This document shows, one piece after another, positions 53,872-63,251 of a stretch of 64,000 nucleotides of DNA. Location of the stretch: positions 6,190 through 70,189 of the forward strand of contig CAXNKG010000010.1 of assembly GCA_964202965.1 (NCBI GenBank), in the 5' to 3' direction. Position numbers and translations under genes: made by a program. The first letter of the stretch is position 1; each line of letters opens with the position of its first letter. A model generated the notes under the pieces. The model was given only the letters and a program-made list of their open reading frames with translations, was not told the DNA's origin and did no database searches. Source of the DNA: Vicinamibacterales bacterium. Lineage in GTDB: Bacteria > Acidobacteriota > Vicinamibacteria > Vicinamibacterales > UBA2999.

Positions 53872-54756
53872 ATGTCCATCCGCCCCGTCAGAGAGATCCA
53901 CCAGTCCCAACCCACCATGGAAGGGGCGGGCGTGCATCTGCGCCGCGCGTTTGGATTCGGCAACACATCCGACTTCGATCCGTTCCTGCTGTTCGACGAC
54001 TTCCGCAACGACAACCCCGACGATTATGTCGCCGGATTTCCGTGGCACCCCCACCGCGGCATCGAGACGATCACGTATGTGCTGGCGGGCAACGTCGAGC
54101 ATGGCGACAGTCTCGGCAACCGCGGCAGTCTCGGCGCCGGTGACGTGCAGTGGATGACCGCGGGCAGCGGCATCCTGCACCAGGAGATGCCGACGGGCGA
54201 CGACCGCGGCCGCATGCACGGCTTCCAGCTCTGGGCAAACCTGCCCTCGTCGCTGAAGATGACGACGCCCCGGTACCAGGATGTGAAGGGCGCGGACATC
54301 CCTGTGGTCACCGATGACGACGGGACGCACGTGCGGGTGGTGTGTGGGGACTTCTGGGGGAAGCAGGGCCCGGTCGATGGCGTCGCGGCGAAGCCGCGCT
54401 ACCTCGACATCTTCGTGCCGCCAGGGCTGACGAAGCGCTTGAAGGTCGAGACGAGCCGCAACGCCTTCGCGTACGTATTCGAGGGCTCGGGCACGTTCCG
54501 CGATGCGTCAGACCCGCGCACGGTTCCCACGGAAGACGGCTTCGCGCCGCGCGCCGTCAGCGACCATTCACTCGTCCTCTTCGACCGCGGCGACGAGGTG
54601 GTTGTCCAGGCCGACGAGCGGGGCATCCGCTTCCTGCTCGTCTCCGGCGAGCCGATTCAGGAGCCGGTGGCCTGGCACGGGCCGATTGTGATGAATACGA
54701 AAGAGGAGCTCCGGCAGGCGTGGGCGGAGCTTCGCGACGGAACGTTTATCAAGTAG
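53872..54756 (+). CDS. pirin family protein
   Basis: 294 aa. FPWHPHRGIETITYVLAGNVEHGDSLGN, GDVQWMTAGSGILHQEMP, HGFQLWANLP. Confidence 0.9.
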   Translation: MSIRPVREIHQSQPTMEGAGVHLRRAFGFGNTSDFDPFLLFDDFRNDNPDDYVAGFPWHPHRGIETITYVLAGNVEHGDSLGNRGSLGAGDVQWMTAGSGILHQEMPTGDDRGRMHGFQLWANLPSSLKMTTPRYQDVKGADIPVVTDDDGTHVRVVCGDFWGKQGPVDGVAAKPRYLDIFVPPGLTKRLKVETSRNAFAYVFEGSGTFRDASDPRTVPTEDGFAPRAVSDHSLVLFDRGDEVVVQADERGIRFLLVSGEPIQEPVAWHGPIVMNTKEELRQAWAELRDGTFIK

Positions 54757-54800
54757 GGCGGCTCCGCGACCGCGCGCGAGCCAGGCGGGCGCGGCCCCGC

Positions 54801-55886
54801 CTATTGAATCGGCCCGACGACCCGTGTCCGGCCGCCGACGCGCGCGGGCGCTGCGTTGACCGACACCTCAGGATCAACATCGGCTGCCCGATTCCCCGGC
54901 GGGCGCTGGAAGACGATTGCGCCAACCTGGCGATCGAAGTCCGTCACATCGGAAAACACAGTGGCTGCCATGACGGACGGCGTCGCGCTCACGTGCGCGT
55001 ACCCGAGCGCGTGGCCCAGCTCGTGCGCCACCACCGCCGATAACGGCGCGGCACCGGCCACCGAGCTGCAGGTCTGCATGAACAGCCGGCTGGACAACGC
55101 CTCCAGTGTCAGCGTGTCGTAGAGAAAATACGTGTACCCCTTGCAGAGCTGATCGAGACCGGCGTATCGCACCACGGTGATCGTGGCCGGCCGGTCCATC
55201 TCGATATTGCCGCCCGGCTCGGTCGTCGACCGTCCGATCGAGCTGAACGCGGGGTAGGCCCCGCCGGTCATCAGCGGAAGCGCACGATTCAGACTCGCCA
55301 AGAGTTCATTGATGGAGGCTTCCGACAGCTGCTGCGCCGATGCAACGGGCGGGTACTGCGGAATGCCTCCGATCACGCTCTGCGCATCGACGAGCGACGT
55401 TTCGATCACGAGCGCGGGCGGTACCGTCCACCGCTTCGTCACACCGTCCGGCTCGCCGAAATGGCGGGCCATCTGGTCGAACGCCGTCATGTTGAACGTG
55501 CTGGGGATGAGCGAAATGACCGGAGCCTGACCCGGGAAGGTCAGGGTTGTCACGCGCGACACGAGGCCGGCGCCAGAGGCGGTGATGCGGTAGATGCCAT
55601 CCGGAGCCTCGGACTCGAGGCTGAACTGCCCCGCCGCGTCGCCGGCAACGGCACCGAGTCCCTCAATGGACAGCGTGACACCTGGCGCGGCCGCGCCTGT
55701 CAGGATGTTCGTGAAGCGCCCGGCCAGCGCCCGCACTTCGAGCGGCGATGAGGCGTCGGCGTCTGACCGGAGCACGCCTGGCAGCGCAAAGCCGCTTGGC
55801 GACACATTGGGCGCCGTGGGCGCCTGCCCACATGCGGTTGCGAAAAGTGCCACTCCGAGTGCGCCCCGAGCGAACGTTGAACTCAT
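54801..55886 (-). CDS. secreted/lipoprotein zinc metalloprotease (metzincin-type HExxHxxGxxH)
   Basis: 361 aa. N-terminal MSSTFARGALGVALFATACGQ is a signal peptide with a lipobox-like ATAC. VVAHELGHALGYAH is the zinc site. Co-oriented 35 nt downstream of sufT. Confidence 0.75.
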   Translation of the reverse strand: MSSTFARGALGVALFATACGQAPTAPNVSPSGFALPGVLRSDADASSPLEVRALAGRFTNILTGAAAPGVTLSIEGLGAVAGDAAGQFSLESEAPDGIYRITASGAGLVSRVTTLTFPGQAPVISLIPSTFNMTAFDQMARHFGEPDGVTKRWTVPPALVIETSLVDAQSVIGGIPQYPPVASAQQLSEASINELLASLNRALPLMTGGAYPAFSSIGRSTTEPGGNIEMDRPATITVVRYAGLDQLCKGYTYFLYDTLTLEALSSRLFMQTCSSVAGAAPLSAVVAHELGHALGYAHVSATPSVMAATVFSDVTDFDRQVGAIVFQRPPGNRAADVDPEVSVNAAPARVGGRTRVVGPIQ

Positions 55887-55921
55887 AGGAAAGTAACCAC
55901 TCCCTACCGACTACCGACCAG

Positions 55922-56329
55922 CTAGAACATCCCGAGCTGTAACTTCGCCGCCTCGGACATCCGATCCTTGTCCCACGGCGGCTCCCACACGACATCCACC
56001 TTCGACCCCGTCACGCCTGGCACGCCGGCGGCGGCGTCCCTCACCTGCCCTGGCAGAATCTGCGCGGCCGGACAGTTCGGCGCCGTGAGCGTCATGCGGA
56101 TGCCGACCGTGTTCGATGCGTCGACGATGATGTCGTAAATGAGCCCGAGCTCATAAATATTAACCGGAATCTCCGGGTCGTACACCTTGGACAGCGCCTT
56201 CACGATCTCCGGCTGCAGCTCAGCGCTACGATCAGGATCGTTCACCATGCCCGCGGTTTCAAGAGGCGTCCCCCCGGGACGCGACGAAACCTCGGGCGAA
56301 AGAGGCGGAATCACGGAGAGTTCAGTCAC
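55922..56329 (-). CDS. sufT: SUF-system DUF59/MIP18-family Fe-S assembly protein
   Basis: 135 aa. IVKALSKVYDPEIPVNIYELGLIYDI, IRMTLTAPNCPAAQ, KVDVVWEPPWDKDRMSEAAKLQLG. Confidence 0.8.
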   Translation of the reverse strand: MTELSVIPPLSPEVSSRPGGTPLETAGMVNDPDRSAELQPEIVKALSKVYDPEIPVNIYELGLIYDIIVDASNTVGIRMTLTAPNCPAAQILPGQVRDAAAGVPGVTGSKVDVVWEPPWDKDRMSEAAKLQLGMF

Positions 56330-56772
56330 TCGGTCGACACCACCTCGTCACGCGCCTCGACCGCCGACTTCAGCGTGTGCCAGGCCAGGCTGGCGCACTT
56401 CACGCGGACGGGAAACTGGCGGACCCCCGCCAGCACGGTGAGCTTTCCCAGGTTATCGGCCGAAGCGTCCGTGGGACCAGTGAGCATCTTCTGGAACTCG
56501 TCGAAGGTGGCTTTCGCCTCCTCGATCGACTTCCCCTTGACGCTTTCCGTCATCAGCGAGGCCGACGCCTTGGAAATGGCACACCCCGACCCCTGAAAAC
56601 CGACGTCCGTGATCACCCCGGCGTCGATCGTGAGATAGACGGTGAAGCGGTCGCCGCAGAGCGGGTTGTAGCCCTCGGCCTTCCGGCCGCCGTCGAGCGC
56701 CCGGAAATTCCGCGGCCGCTTGTTGTGGTCGAGGATGACCTCCTGGTACAGGTCCTGGAGTTCGTCGTTCAC
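56326..56772 (-). CDS. sufU: SUF-system NifU/IscU-like scaffold/sulfur acceptor
   Basis: 148 aa. LYQEVILDHNKRPRNF, NPLCGDRFTVYL, FQGSGCAISKASASLM, VKCASLAWHTL. Confidence 0.85.
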   Translation of the reverse strand: MNDELQDLYQEVILDHNKRPRNFRALDGGRKAEGYNPLCGDRFTVYLTIDAGVITDVGFQGSGCAISKASASLMTESVKGKSIEEAKATFDEFQKMLTGPTDASADNLGKLTVLAGVRQFPVRVKCASLAWHTLKSAVEARDEVVSTE

Positions 56773-58028
56773 GCGAACACCTCGTGCACGGTGCCAAGCG
56801 CCTTCACGAGCACGTCCACCTCGTCGCGCGTGTTGTAGAGCGCAAACGACGCACGCGCCGTGGCGGCGACGCCCAGACGTCCCATCAGCGGCTGGCAGCA
56901 GTGATGCCCCGCCCGGATGGCGACGCCTTCCCGGTCGAGGATCGTTCCGACGTCGTGCGGATGTACGTCCTCGAGGACGAACGACAGCACCGCGGCCTTG
57001 TGTGCCGCCGTGCCGGTGAGCCGGAGTCCCGGGATGCGTGACAACTCCTGGGTGGCGTACGCCAGCAGCTCCTGTTCGTAGGCGGCAATGCGATCCAGCC
57101 CGATCGCCATCACGTACTCGAGCGCCGCGCCCATGCCGACGGCGCCGGCGATATTCGGGGTGCCCGCCTCGTACTTATAGGGGAGGTCGGCGTAGGTGAT
57201 GTTACCGAACGCCACGCGGCCGATCATGCCGCCGCCGCCCTGATACACGGGCATCGCCTCGAGGAGCGCCGCGCGGCCATAGAGGACGCCGATGCCGGTC
57301 GGGCCGAAGATCTTGTGCGCCGAAAACGCGTAGAAGTCGCAGCCGAGCGCCTGCACGTCGACGGCGCCGTGCGCCACGGCCTGCGCACCATCCACGAGTA
57401 CCGTGATGCCGCGCTTTTTCGCCATCCGGACGATGTCCGCGATGGGATTCACCGTGCCGAGGACGTTGGAGACATGCGTGACCGCGACAATCTTCGTGCG
57501 GTCGTTCAACAGCTTCTCGAGCTCGTCGAGCCGCAGCTCGCCGGCGTCTGTGAGCGTGACCACGCGGATCCGCGCGCCCTTGTCCTGCGCGAGGATGTGC
57601 CACGGCACGATGTTCGAGTGGTGCTCCATTTCGGTGAGCACGATCTCGTCACCAGCGCCGATGTTGGCGCGCCCCCAGGTCTGGGCCACGAGGTTGATCC
57701 CCTCGGTCGTGCCCCGCACGTAGACGATCTCGCGCGGGTCGGCGGCGTTCAGGAACCGCTGCGCCGTGATGCGCGCGGCGTCGTACAGGTCGGTCGCGCG
57801 GCCGCTCAGCGTATGGACGCCGCGGTGGACGTTGGCGTTCTGCTCGAAGTAGTAGCGCTGGAGCGCGTCCAGCACCGCTCTCGGCTTCTGCGTCGTCGCC
57901 GAGTTGTCGAGATAGACGAGCGGCTTTCCGTGAATGCGCTGGGTGAGGATCGGGAAATCCTCCCGGAGCGTCTTCACGTCGAGCGTGGAATGCCGTGCCG
58001 CTGCCGCTGTTGCCATATCGTCTCTCAC
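56769..58028 (-). CDS. sufS: cysteine desulfurase
   Basis: 419 aa. LVYLDNSATTQKP, EHHSNIVPW, FSAHKIFGPTGIGVLYG, RAGHHCCQPLM. The start may instead be ATG 58016, because GTG 58028 abuts a hairpin. Confidence 0.9.
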   Translation of the reverse strand: MRDDMATAAAARHSTLDVKTLREDFPILTQRIHGKPLVYLDNSATTQKPRAVLDALQRYYFEQNANVHRGVHTLSGRATDLYDAARITAQRFLNAADPREIVYVRGTTEGINLVAQTWGRANIGAGDEIVLTEMEHHSNIVPWHILAQDKGARIRVVTLTDAGELRLDELEKLLNDRTKIVAVTHVSNVLGTVNPIADIVRMAKKRGITVLVDGAQAVAHGAVDVQALGCDFYAFSAHKIFGPTGIGVLYGRAALLEAMPVYQGGGGMIGRVAFGNITYADLPYKYEAGTPNIAGAVGMGAALEYVMAIGLDRIAAYEQELLAYATQELSRIPGLRLTGTAAHKAAVLSFVLEDVHPHDVGTILDREGVAIRAGHHCCQPLMGRLGVAATARASFALYNTRDEVDVLVKALGTVHEVFA

Positions 58029-58081
58029 GCCGGGTCTGAAGACCCGGCCTACATATGCAGGGCGGGTCCTTTGGACCCGCC
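58029..58081. repeat. two tandem GC hairpins in the sufD-sufS spacer (GCCGGGTC-TGAA-GACCCGGC and GGCGGGTCC-TTT-GGACCCGCC), each followed by CTAC
   Basis: Read directly: an 8 bp stem with 4 nt loop at 58029-58048 and a 9 bp stem with 3 nt loop at 58061-58081. The second ends on the sufD stop codon. Confidence 0.85.
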
Positions 58082-59433
58082 TACGCTGCCTGTAACGCGG
58101 TCTCGAGCTGCCGGTGCAGGACGTCTTCGACGCTCTTGCGCACCGCCAGCAGCGGAAGCTTGTTCAGCACGTCGCCCGCGAACGCGTGGATCAACAGGTG
58201 CCGTGCATCGAGCAGTCCGATGCCGCGCGACCGCAGGTAGAACACCGCGTCCTTGTCCAGCTGTCCCACCGCCGCGCCGTGCGTGCACTTCACGTCGTTG
58301 GCGAAGATCTCGAGCTCCGGCTTCGAATTGATCTGCGCGTCCTCCGACAGCAGGATGGCGCGATTGGTCTGCTTCGCGTCGGTCTTTTGCGCGTCTGGCC
58401 GGACAATGATCTTGCCGTTGAAGACGCCGCGCGCCTTGCCGGCCAGGATGCCCTTGTAGATCTCGCGGCTGTCGCAGTTCGGCATCGCGTGGTCGATCGT
58501 GGTGTGGTTGTCCACGTGACGCTGGCCGTCGACGAGATACAGGCCGTTCAGCGTGCAGTGGCCCCCTTCCCCGCCGAGCACCGCGACGACGTCGTTGCGC
58601 ACGAGCGCGCCGCCGAGGCTGATCGAGTGCGATGAACAGTTCGCGCTCCGCGCCGCCTTCACGTAGATCGCGCCAATGTGGAACGCCTGGTTGCTCTCGT
58701 GCTGGAGCTTGTAGTGATCGAGCACCGACTGCTCGCCCATCACCACTTCGGTCACCACATTGGTGAAGTACTCCGCGCCCGCCGGCCCTGCATAGCTTTC
58801 GACCACGACCCCCTGGCTCTGCGCGCCCATCACGATCAGCACGCGCGGATGCGCGCCAATTAAATGGGGTCGGGGGTCATTTAAAGAGGACACTCCGTCC
58901 GCGCTGCCCGTTGAGATGAACTGCAGGTGGATTGGCTTGTCGAGCACCGCGCGGGCCGGTATGTGCACGAAGGCGCCATCGGCGAAGAAGGCCGTGTTGA
59001 GCGCCACGAACGGCTGCCGATCGAACGGCGCCACGTGGCCCAGATGCTGCTCGAGCGTATCGGTGTGGCCCGCGGCGTAGTCCGCAAGACTGCCGACCTG
59101 CGCGCCCGCCGGCAGCGCGCCGACCTTCGACAGCGCCGGCGCATAGCGCCCGTCGACGAACACCAGCGTAGCGCCGAACACGTCGGGCAGCTCGAACGGC
59201 GACACGTCGGCGGGCATCGCGCTCGCCGTCGCACCGCCCGCAGGCGCGAACGCCCGCGTCGCAATCTTCTCGACGCTCGTAAACCGCCACTCCTCGTGTT
59301 TCGTCGTCGGGAACCCGTTGGCGAGAAACCGGCTCATGGCCTCATCGCGCGTGCGGCCGACGCGCGCGGACTCGCGCGTCGAACGCTGCGGCTTCGCCCT
59401 CTCGAACTCCGCCTGGTAACTGTCAAGATTCAT
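58081..59433 (-). CDS. sufD: Fe-S cluster assembly protein SufD
   Basis: 450 aa. Position between sufC and sufS. C-terminal NAQINSKPELEIFANDVKCTHGAAVGQLDKDAVFYLRSRGI is typical of SufB/SufD. Confidence 0.85.
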   Translation of the reverse strand: MNLDSYQAEFERAKPQRSTRESARVGRTRDEAMSRFLANGFPTTKHEEWRFTSVEKIATRAFAPAGGATASAMPADVSPFELPDVFGATLVFVDGRYAPALSKVGALPAGAQVGSLADYAAGHTDTLEQHLGHVAPFDRQPFVALNTAFFADGAFVHIPARAVLDKPIHLQFISTGSADGVSSLNDPRPHLIGAHPRVLIVMGAQSQGVVVESYAGPAGAEYFTNVVTEVVMGEQSVLDHYKLQHESNQAFHIGAIYVKAARSANCSSHSISLGGALVRNDVVAVLGGEGGHCTLNGLYLVDGQRHVDNHTTIDHAMPNCDSREIYKGILAGKARGVFNGKIIVRPDAQKTDAKQTNRAILLSEDAQINSKPELEIFANDVKCTHGAAVGQLDKDAVFYLRSRGIGLLDARHLLIHAFAGDVLNKLPLLAVRKSVEDVLHRQLETALQAA

Positions 59434-60185
59434 CGCGCGCCCGCCGGCTGTTCGAGCCAGCTGTAACCCTTGTCTTCGAGTTCCAGCGCGAGCTCCTTGC
59501 CGCCCGACCGGACGATGCGCCCCTCGCTGAGGACGTGCACCTGGTCCGGCACGATGTAATTGAGCAGCCGCTGGTAGTGCGTGACCAGCACGAACGCGCG
59601 GTCCGGGCTGCGCATCATGTTCACGCCGTGCGACACCACCTTCAGCGCGTCAATGTCGAGGCCGGAGTCGGTCTCGTCGAGGACGCACAGCTTCGGCTCG
59701 AGCACCGCCATCTGAAAAATCTCGTTGCGCTTCTTCTCACCGCCCGAGAAGCTCTCGTTGACCGGACGATTCAGGAACGACTCGTCCATGTCGAGCTCCT
59801 TCATCCGCGCGCGCACGAGTGTCAGGAACTCCATCGCGTCGAGCTCCTGGAGCCCGCGCTCCTTGCGGACGGTGTTGAGCGCCGACTTCAGGAAATACGC
59901 GTTATTCACGCCGGCAATCTCGACCGGATACTGGAACGCGAGGAACACGCCCAAGCGGGCGCGCACTTCCGGATCCATCTCCAGAAGGTTGTCGCGCTCG
60001 AAGAGGACCTCGCCGTCGGTCACCTCGTACTCGGGATGACCGGCCAGCACACGCGCGAGCGTGCTCTTGCCGGACCCGTTGGGACCCATGATGGCGTGCA
60101 CCTCGCCGCGATTGACGGTGAGATCGACCCCCTTGAGAATCTCGCGCCCCGCGACGCGCGCATGCAGATTACGAACCTTAAGCAC
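59430..60185 (-). CDS. sufC: Fe-S cluster assembly ATPase SufC
   Basis: 251 aa. IMGPNGSGKSTL (Walker A), FSGGEKKRNEIFQM (ABC signature), LCVLDETDSGLD (Walker B). GTG start at 60185. Confidence 0.92.
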   Translation of the reverse strand: MLKVRNLHARVAGREILKGVDLTVNRGEVHAIMGPNGSGKSTLARVLAGHPEYEVTDGEVLFERDNLLEMDPEVRARLGVFLAFQYPVEIAGVNNAYFLKSALNTVRKERGLQELDAMEFLTLVRARMKELDMDESFLNRPVNESFSGGEKKRNEIFQMAVLEPKLCVLDETDSGLDIDALKVVSHGVNMMRSPDRAFVLVTHYQRLLNYIVPDQVHVLSEGRIVRSGGKELALELEDKGYSWLEQPAGAR

Positions 60186-60234
60186 TTTTGACCTTTGACT
60201 TTTGACTTTTGACTTTTGACTTTTGACTTTCGGC
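60186..60234. repeat. 7 nt tandem repeat (TTTTGAC x5 and CTTTGAC x1, then degenerate TTTCGGC) filling the sufB-sufC spacer
   Basis: Units at 60186, 60193, 60200, 60207, 60214 and 60221 read directly. The spacer runs from the sufC GTG (60185) to the sufB TAG (60236-60238). Confidence 0.95.
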
Positions 60235-60235
60235 G

Positions 60236-61677
<1,442 letters not shown>

Positions 61678-61681
<4 letters not shown>

Positions 61682-62001
61682 ACGCTGAATGACACTCCAC
61701 AACCGCACGTGCTCTTCGCGTGCGGGTTGTTGACGAGAAACCCCTTGCTGATCAGGCTCGTGTCGTAATCGAGCACGGTGCCGTCCACCACGCGGAGGCT
61801 CCTCGGATCGACGAACAGCCTTGCGCCTTCGAGCTCGAACACGGCGTCGTCGGCCCGCGGCGCCGCTTCCCAGACGTATGTGTATTCGAAGCCGGAACAG
61901 CCGCCGGCCTTCACAGCCAGACGAAGGCCGGTCTCGCCCTGCGCGCGCTTGGCGAGCATCTTGTGAATCTGCTTCGAGGCGTTTTCGGTGAGTTCAATCA
62001 T
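61678..62001 (-). CDS. sufA: HesB/IscA-family A-type Fe-S carrier
   Basis: Start is ATG 62001. 107 aa: [16 protein letters not shown]...[15 protein letters not shown]...[16 protein letters not shown] (CX..CGC signature). The track extension to 62166 is Arg/Pro-rich and overlaps the Rrf2 gene. Confidence 0.85.
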
Positions 62002-62006
62002 GGCGA

Positions 62007-62441
62007 TCAAATCCGGACGGTCAGAGGGACGTGCACTTCCTTGTCGCCCATCTCCGCGAGCGTCGTCGTCTGCAGGACGGAGAGAATCCTGTCCTTCACC
62101 TTCCACAGCGGGTCGCGAACAGTGCACGACCCGTACTGGTCGCACGGGTCGTCGTCGCGTCCGCACGCCGTAATCGCCAGCGGGCCGTCGATCGATTCGA
62201 CGATGTCCGCGAGCGTGATGGTCGACGCGGCGCGTCCAAGCGCGTAGCCGCCGTGCGCCCCCTTGTGTGCGGCGACCAGTCCGCTGCGAGCCATCTGCTG
62301 CATCACTTTCGCGAGCAGCTCAACCGGGATGTCGTACTTCTCGGCAATCACCCGCGCGCTGGCCACGCCGGCCGGCGCCTCGGATGCGAGGTAGTTCAGC
62401 GCGAGCAGCCCGTAATCCGTCTTTTTCGAGAGCCTTAGCAT
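62007..62441 (-). CDS. Rrf2-family transcriptional regulator (IscR/SufR-type, Cys-containing)
   Basis: 144 aa. MLRLSKKTDYGLLALNYLAS, IAEKYDIPVELLAKVMQQMARSGLV, and a Cys cluster ITACGRDDDPCDQYGSCTV. Confidence 0.85.
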   Translation of the reverse strand: MLRLSKKTDYGLLALNYLASEAPAGVASARVIAEKYDIPVELLAKVMQQMARSGLVAAHKGAHGGYALGRAASTITLADIVESIDGPLAITACGRDDDPCDQYGSCTVRDPLWKVKDRILSVLQTTTLAEMGDKEVHVPLTVRI

Positions 62442-62454
62442 GGGCGGTAACTCC

Positions 62455-62499
62455 GACCTATTAGGTCTTATATTACCGCGCGGCGGGATAGGGGATCAA
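62455..62499 (-). promoter_or_regulatory. candidate suf operon promoter (-35 TTGATC, 18 nt spacer, -10 TAATAT) with palindromic operator GACCTAATAGGTC
   Basis: Minus strand: TTGATC at 62499-62494 and TAATAT at 62475-62470. A perfect 6-1-6 palindrome at 62467-62455 sits just downstream. GGAG at 62453-62450 lies 8 nt before ATG 62441. Confidence 0.4.
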
Positions 62500-62515
62500 G
62501 AAGGTCGGATATGGA

Positions 62516-63202
62516 TCAGGGGGTTTTCCGCAGTAAATCGCGCGCCCTGGCCTTGTAATCCTGGTCTTCTGGCGCCCATTCCGGGTCAAACGGTGCATCC
62601 AGCACCACCTGGAGCTCCGCTCGAGCCTCGGCGCGCCTCCCCATGTCGAGGAGCGTTTCAGCCAGGAAGTAATGAGAGACCGTGCTGCTGGCGCTGTAGG
62701 TGAGCGAGCGGTGCAGATGCTCGACCGAGCGCTCGTTGCTGCCCCCGAACAGCCGCGGCACCTTGAAATACCACCGGCCAAGCGCCCGGTCCGCCGATCC
62801 GCCCATGAAGGCCGGATCAAGCTTGAGGACAATTTCGAGGGCGTCCCTTATGGGCCCGCGATATCGCAGTCCCTGCCGCAGGCCGAACGACTCGGCCAGC
62901 GTGCCCATGTTCGCGGCGAGCCAGAAATGCCCTTCGGGACGTCTGGGCTCGAGCGTCGACGCGCGCCGCGCCACGTCCACGCCGCGCTCGAGGTACATGC
63001 GGCGTTCCACCTGCGGTGCGCGGCTGCCAAGCCAGTAACACGCACGCGCCAGTTTCCACGCCGATTCAAAGTCTTTGGGATTCGCTTCGAGTCGTTGTTC
63101 CCAGATGGCGGCCGCCTGCACCGCGCTCCCGACGGTCGCGCGATCACGGTAGAGAGCGTCGGGGTCTACGCCCTGAAGAAGAAGAGCGAGAAGCAGGAAC
63201 AT
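62516..63202 (-). CDS. secreted helical-repeat (TPR/TatT-like) protein, function unknown
   Basis: 228 aa. Hydrophobic N-terminus MFLLLALLLQGV. Repeated helix-pair pattern (AWKLARACYWLG, GHFWLAANMGTLAE, ADRALGRWYF, SHYFLAETLLDMGRRAEARAEL). Confidence 0.55.
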   Translation of the reverse strand: MFLLLALLLQGVDPDALYRDRATVGSAVQAAAIWEQRLEANPKDFESAWKLARACYWLGSRAPQVERRMYLERGVDVARRASTLEPRRPEGHFWLAANMGTLAESFGLRQGLRYRGPIRDALEIVLKLDPAFMGGSADRALGRWYFKVPRLFGGSNERSVEHLHRSLTYSASSTVSHYFLAETLLDMGRRAEARAELQVVLDAPFDPEWAPEDQDYKARARDLLRKTP

Positions 63203-63206
63203 CGCC

Positions 63207-63251
63207 GCACTCCAGGCACTCTAGGCACTTCAGGCACTCTAGGCACTTAGA
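63207..63251. repeat. 9 nt tandem repeat x5 (GCACTYYAG)
   Basis: Units at 63207, 63216, 63225, 63234 and 63243 read directly. The array covers the spacer between ATG 63202 and the aldehyde dehydrogenase stop (63239-63241), plus that gene's last three codons. Confidence 0.9.

Noticed and set aside
54784-54801. Hairpin GGCGGG-CGCGGC-CCCGCC between the convergent pirin and metalloprotease genes, as a bidirectional terminator
   Set aside because: The stem is only 6 bp. It overlaps the metalloprotease stop codon and there is no flanking T/A tract on either strand.
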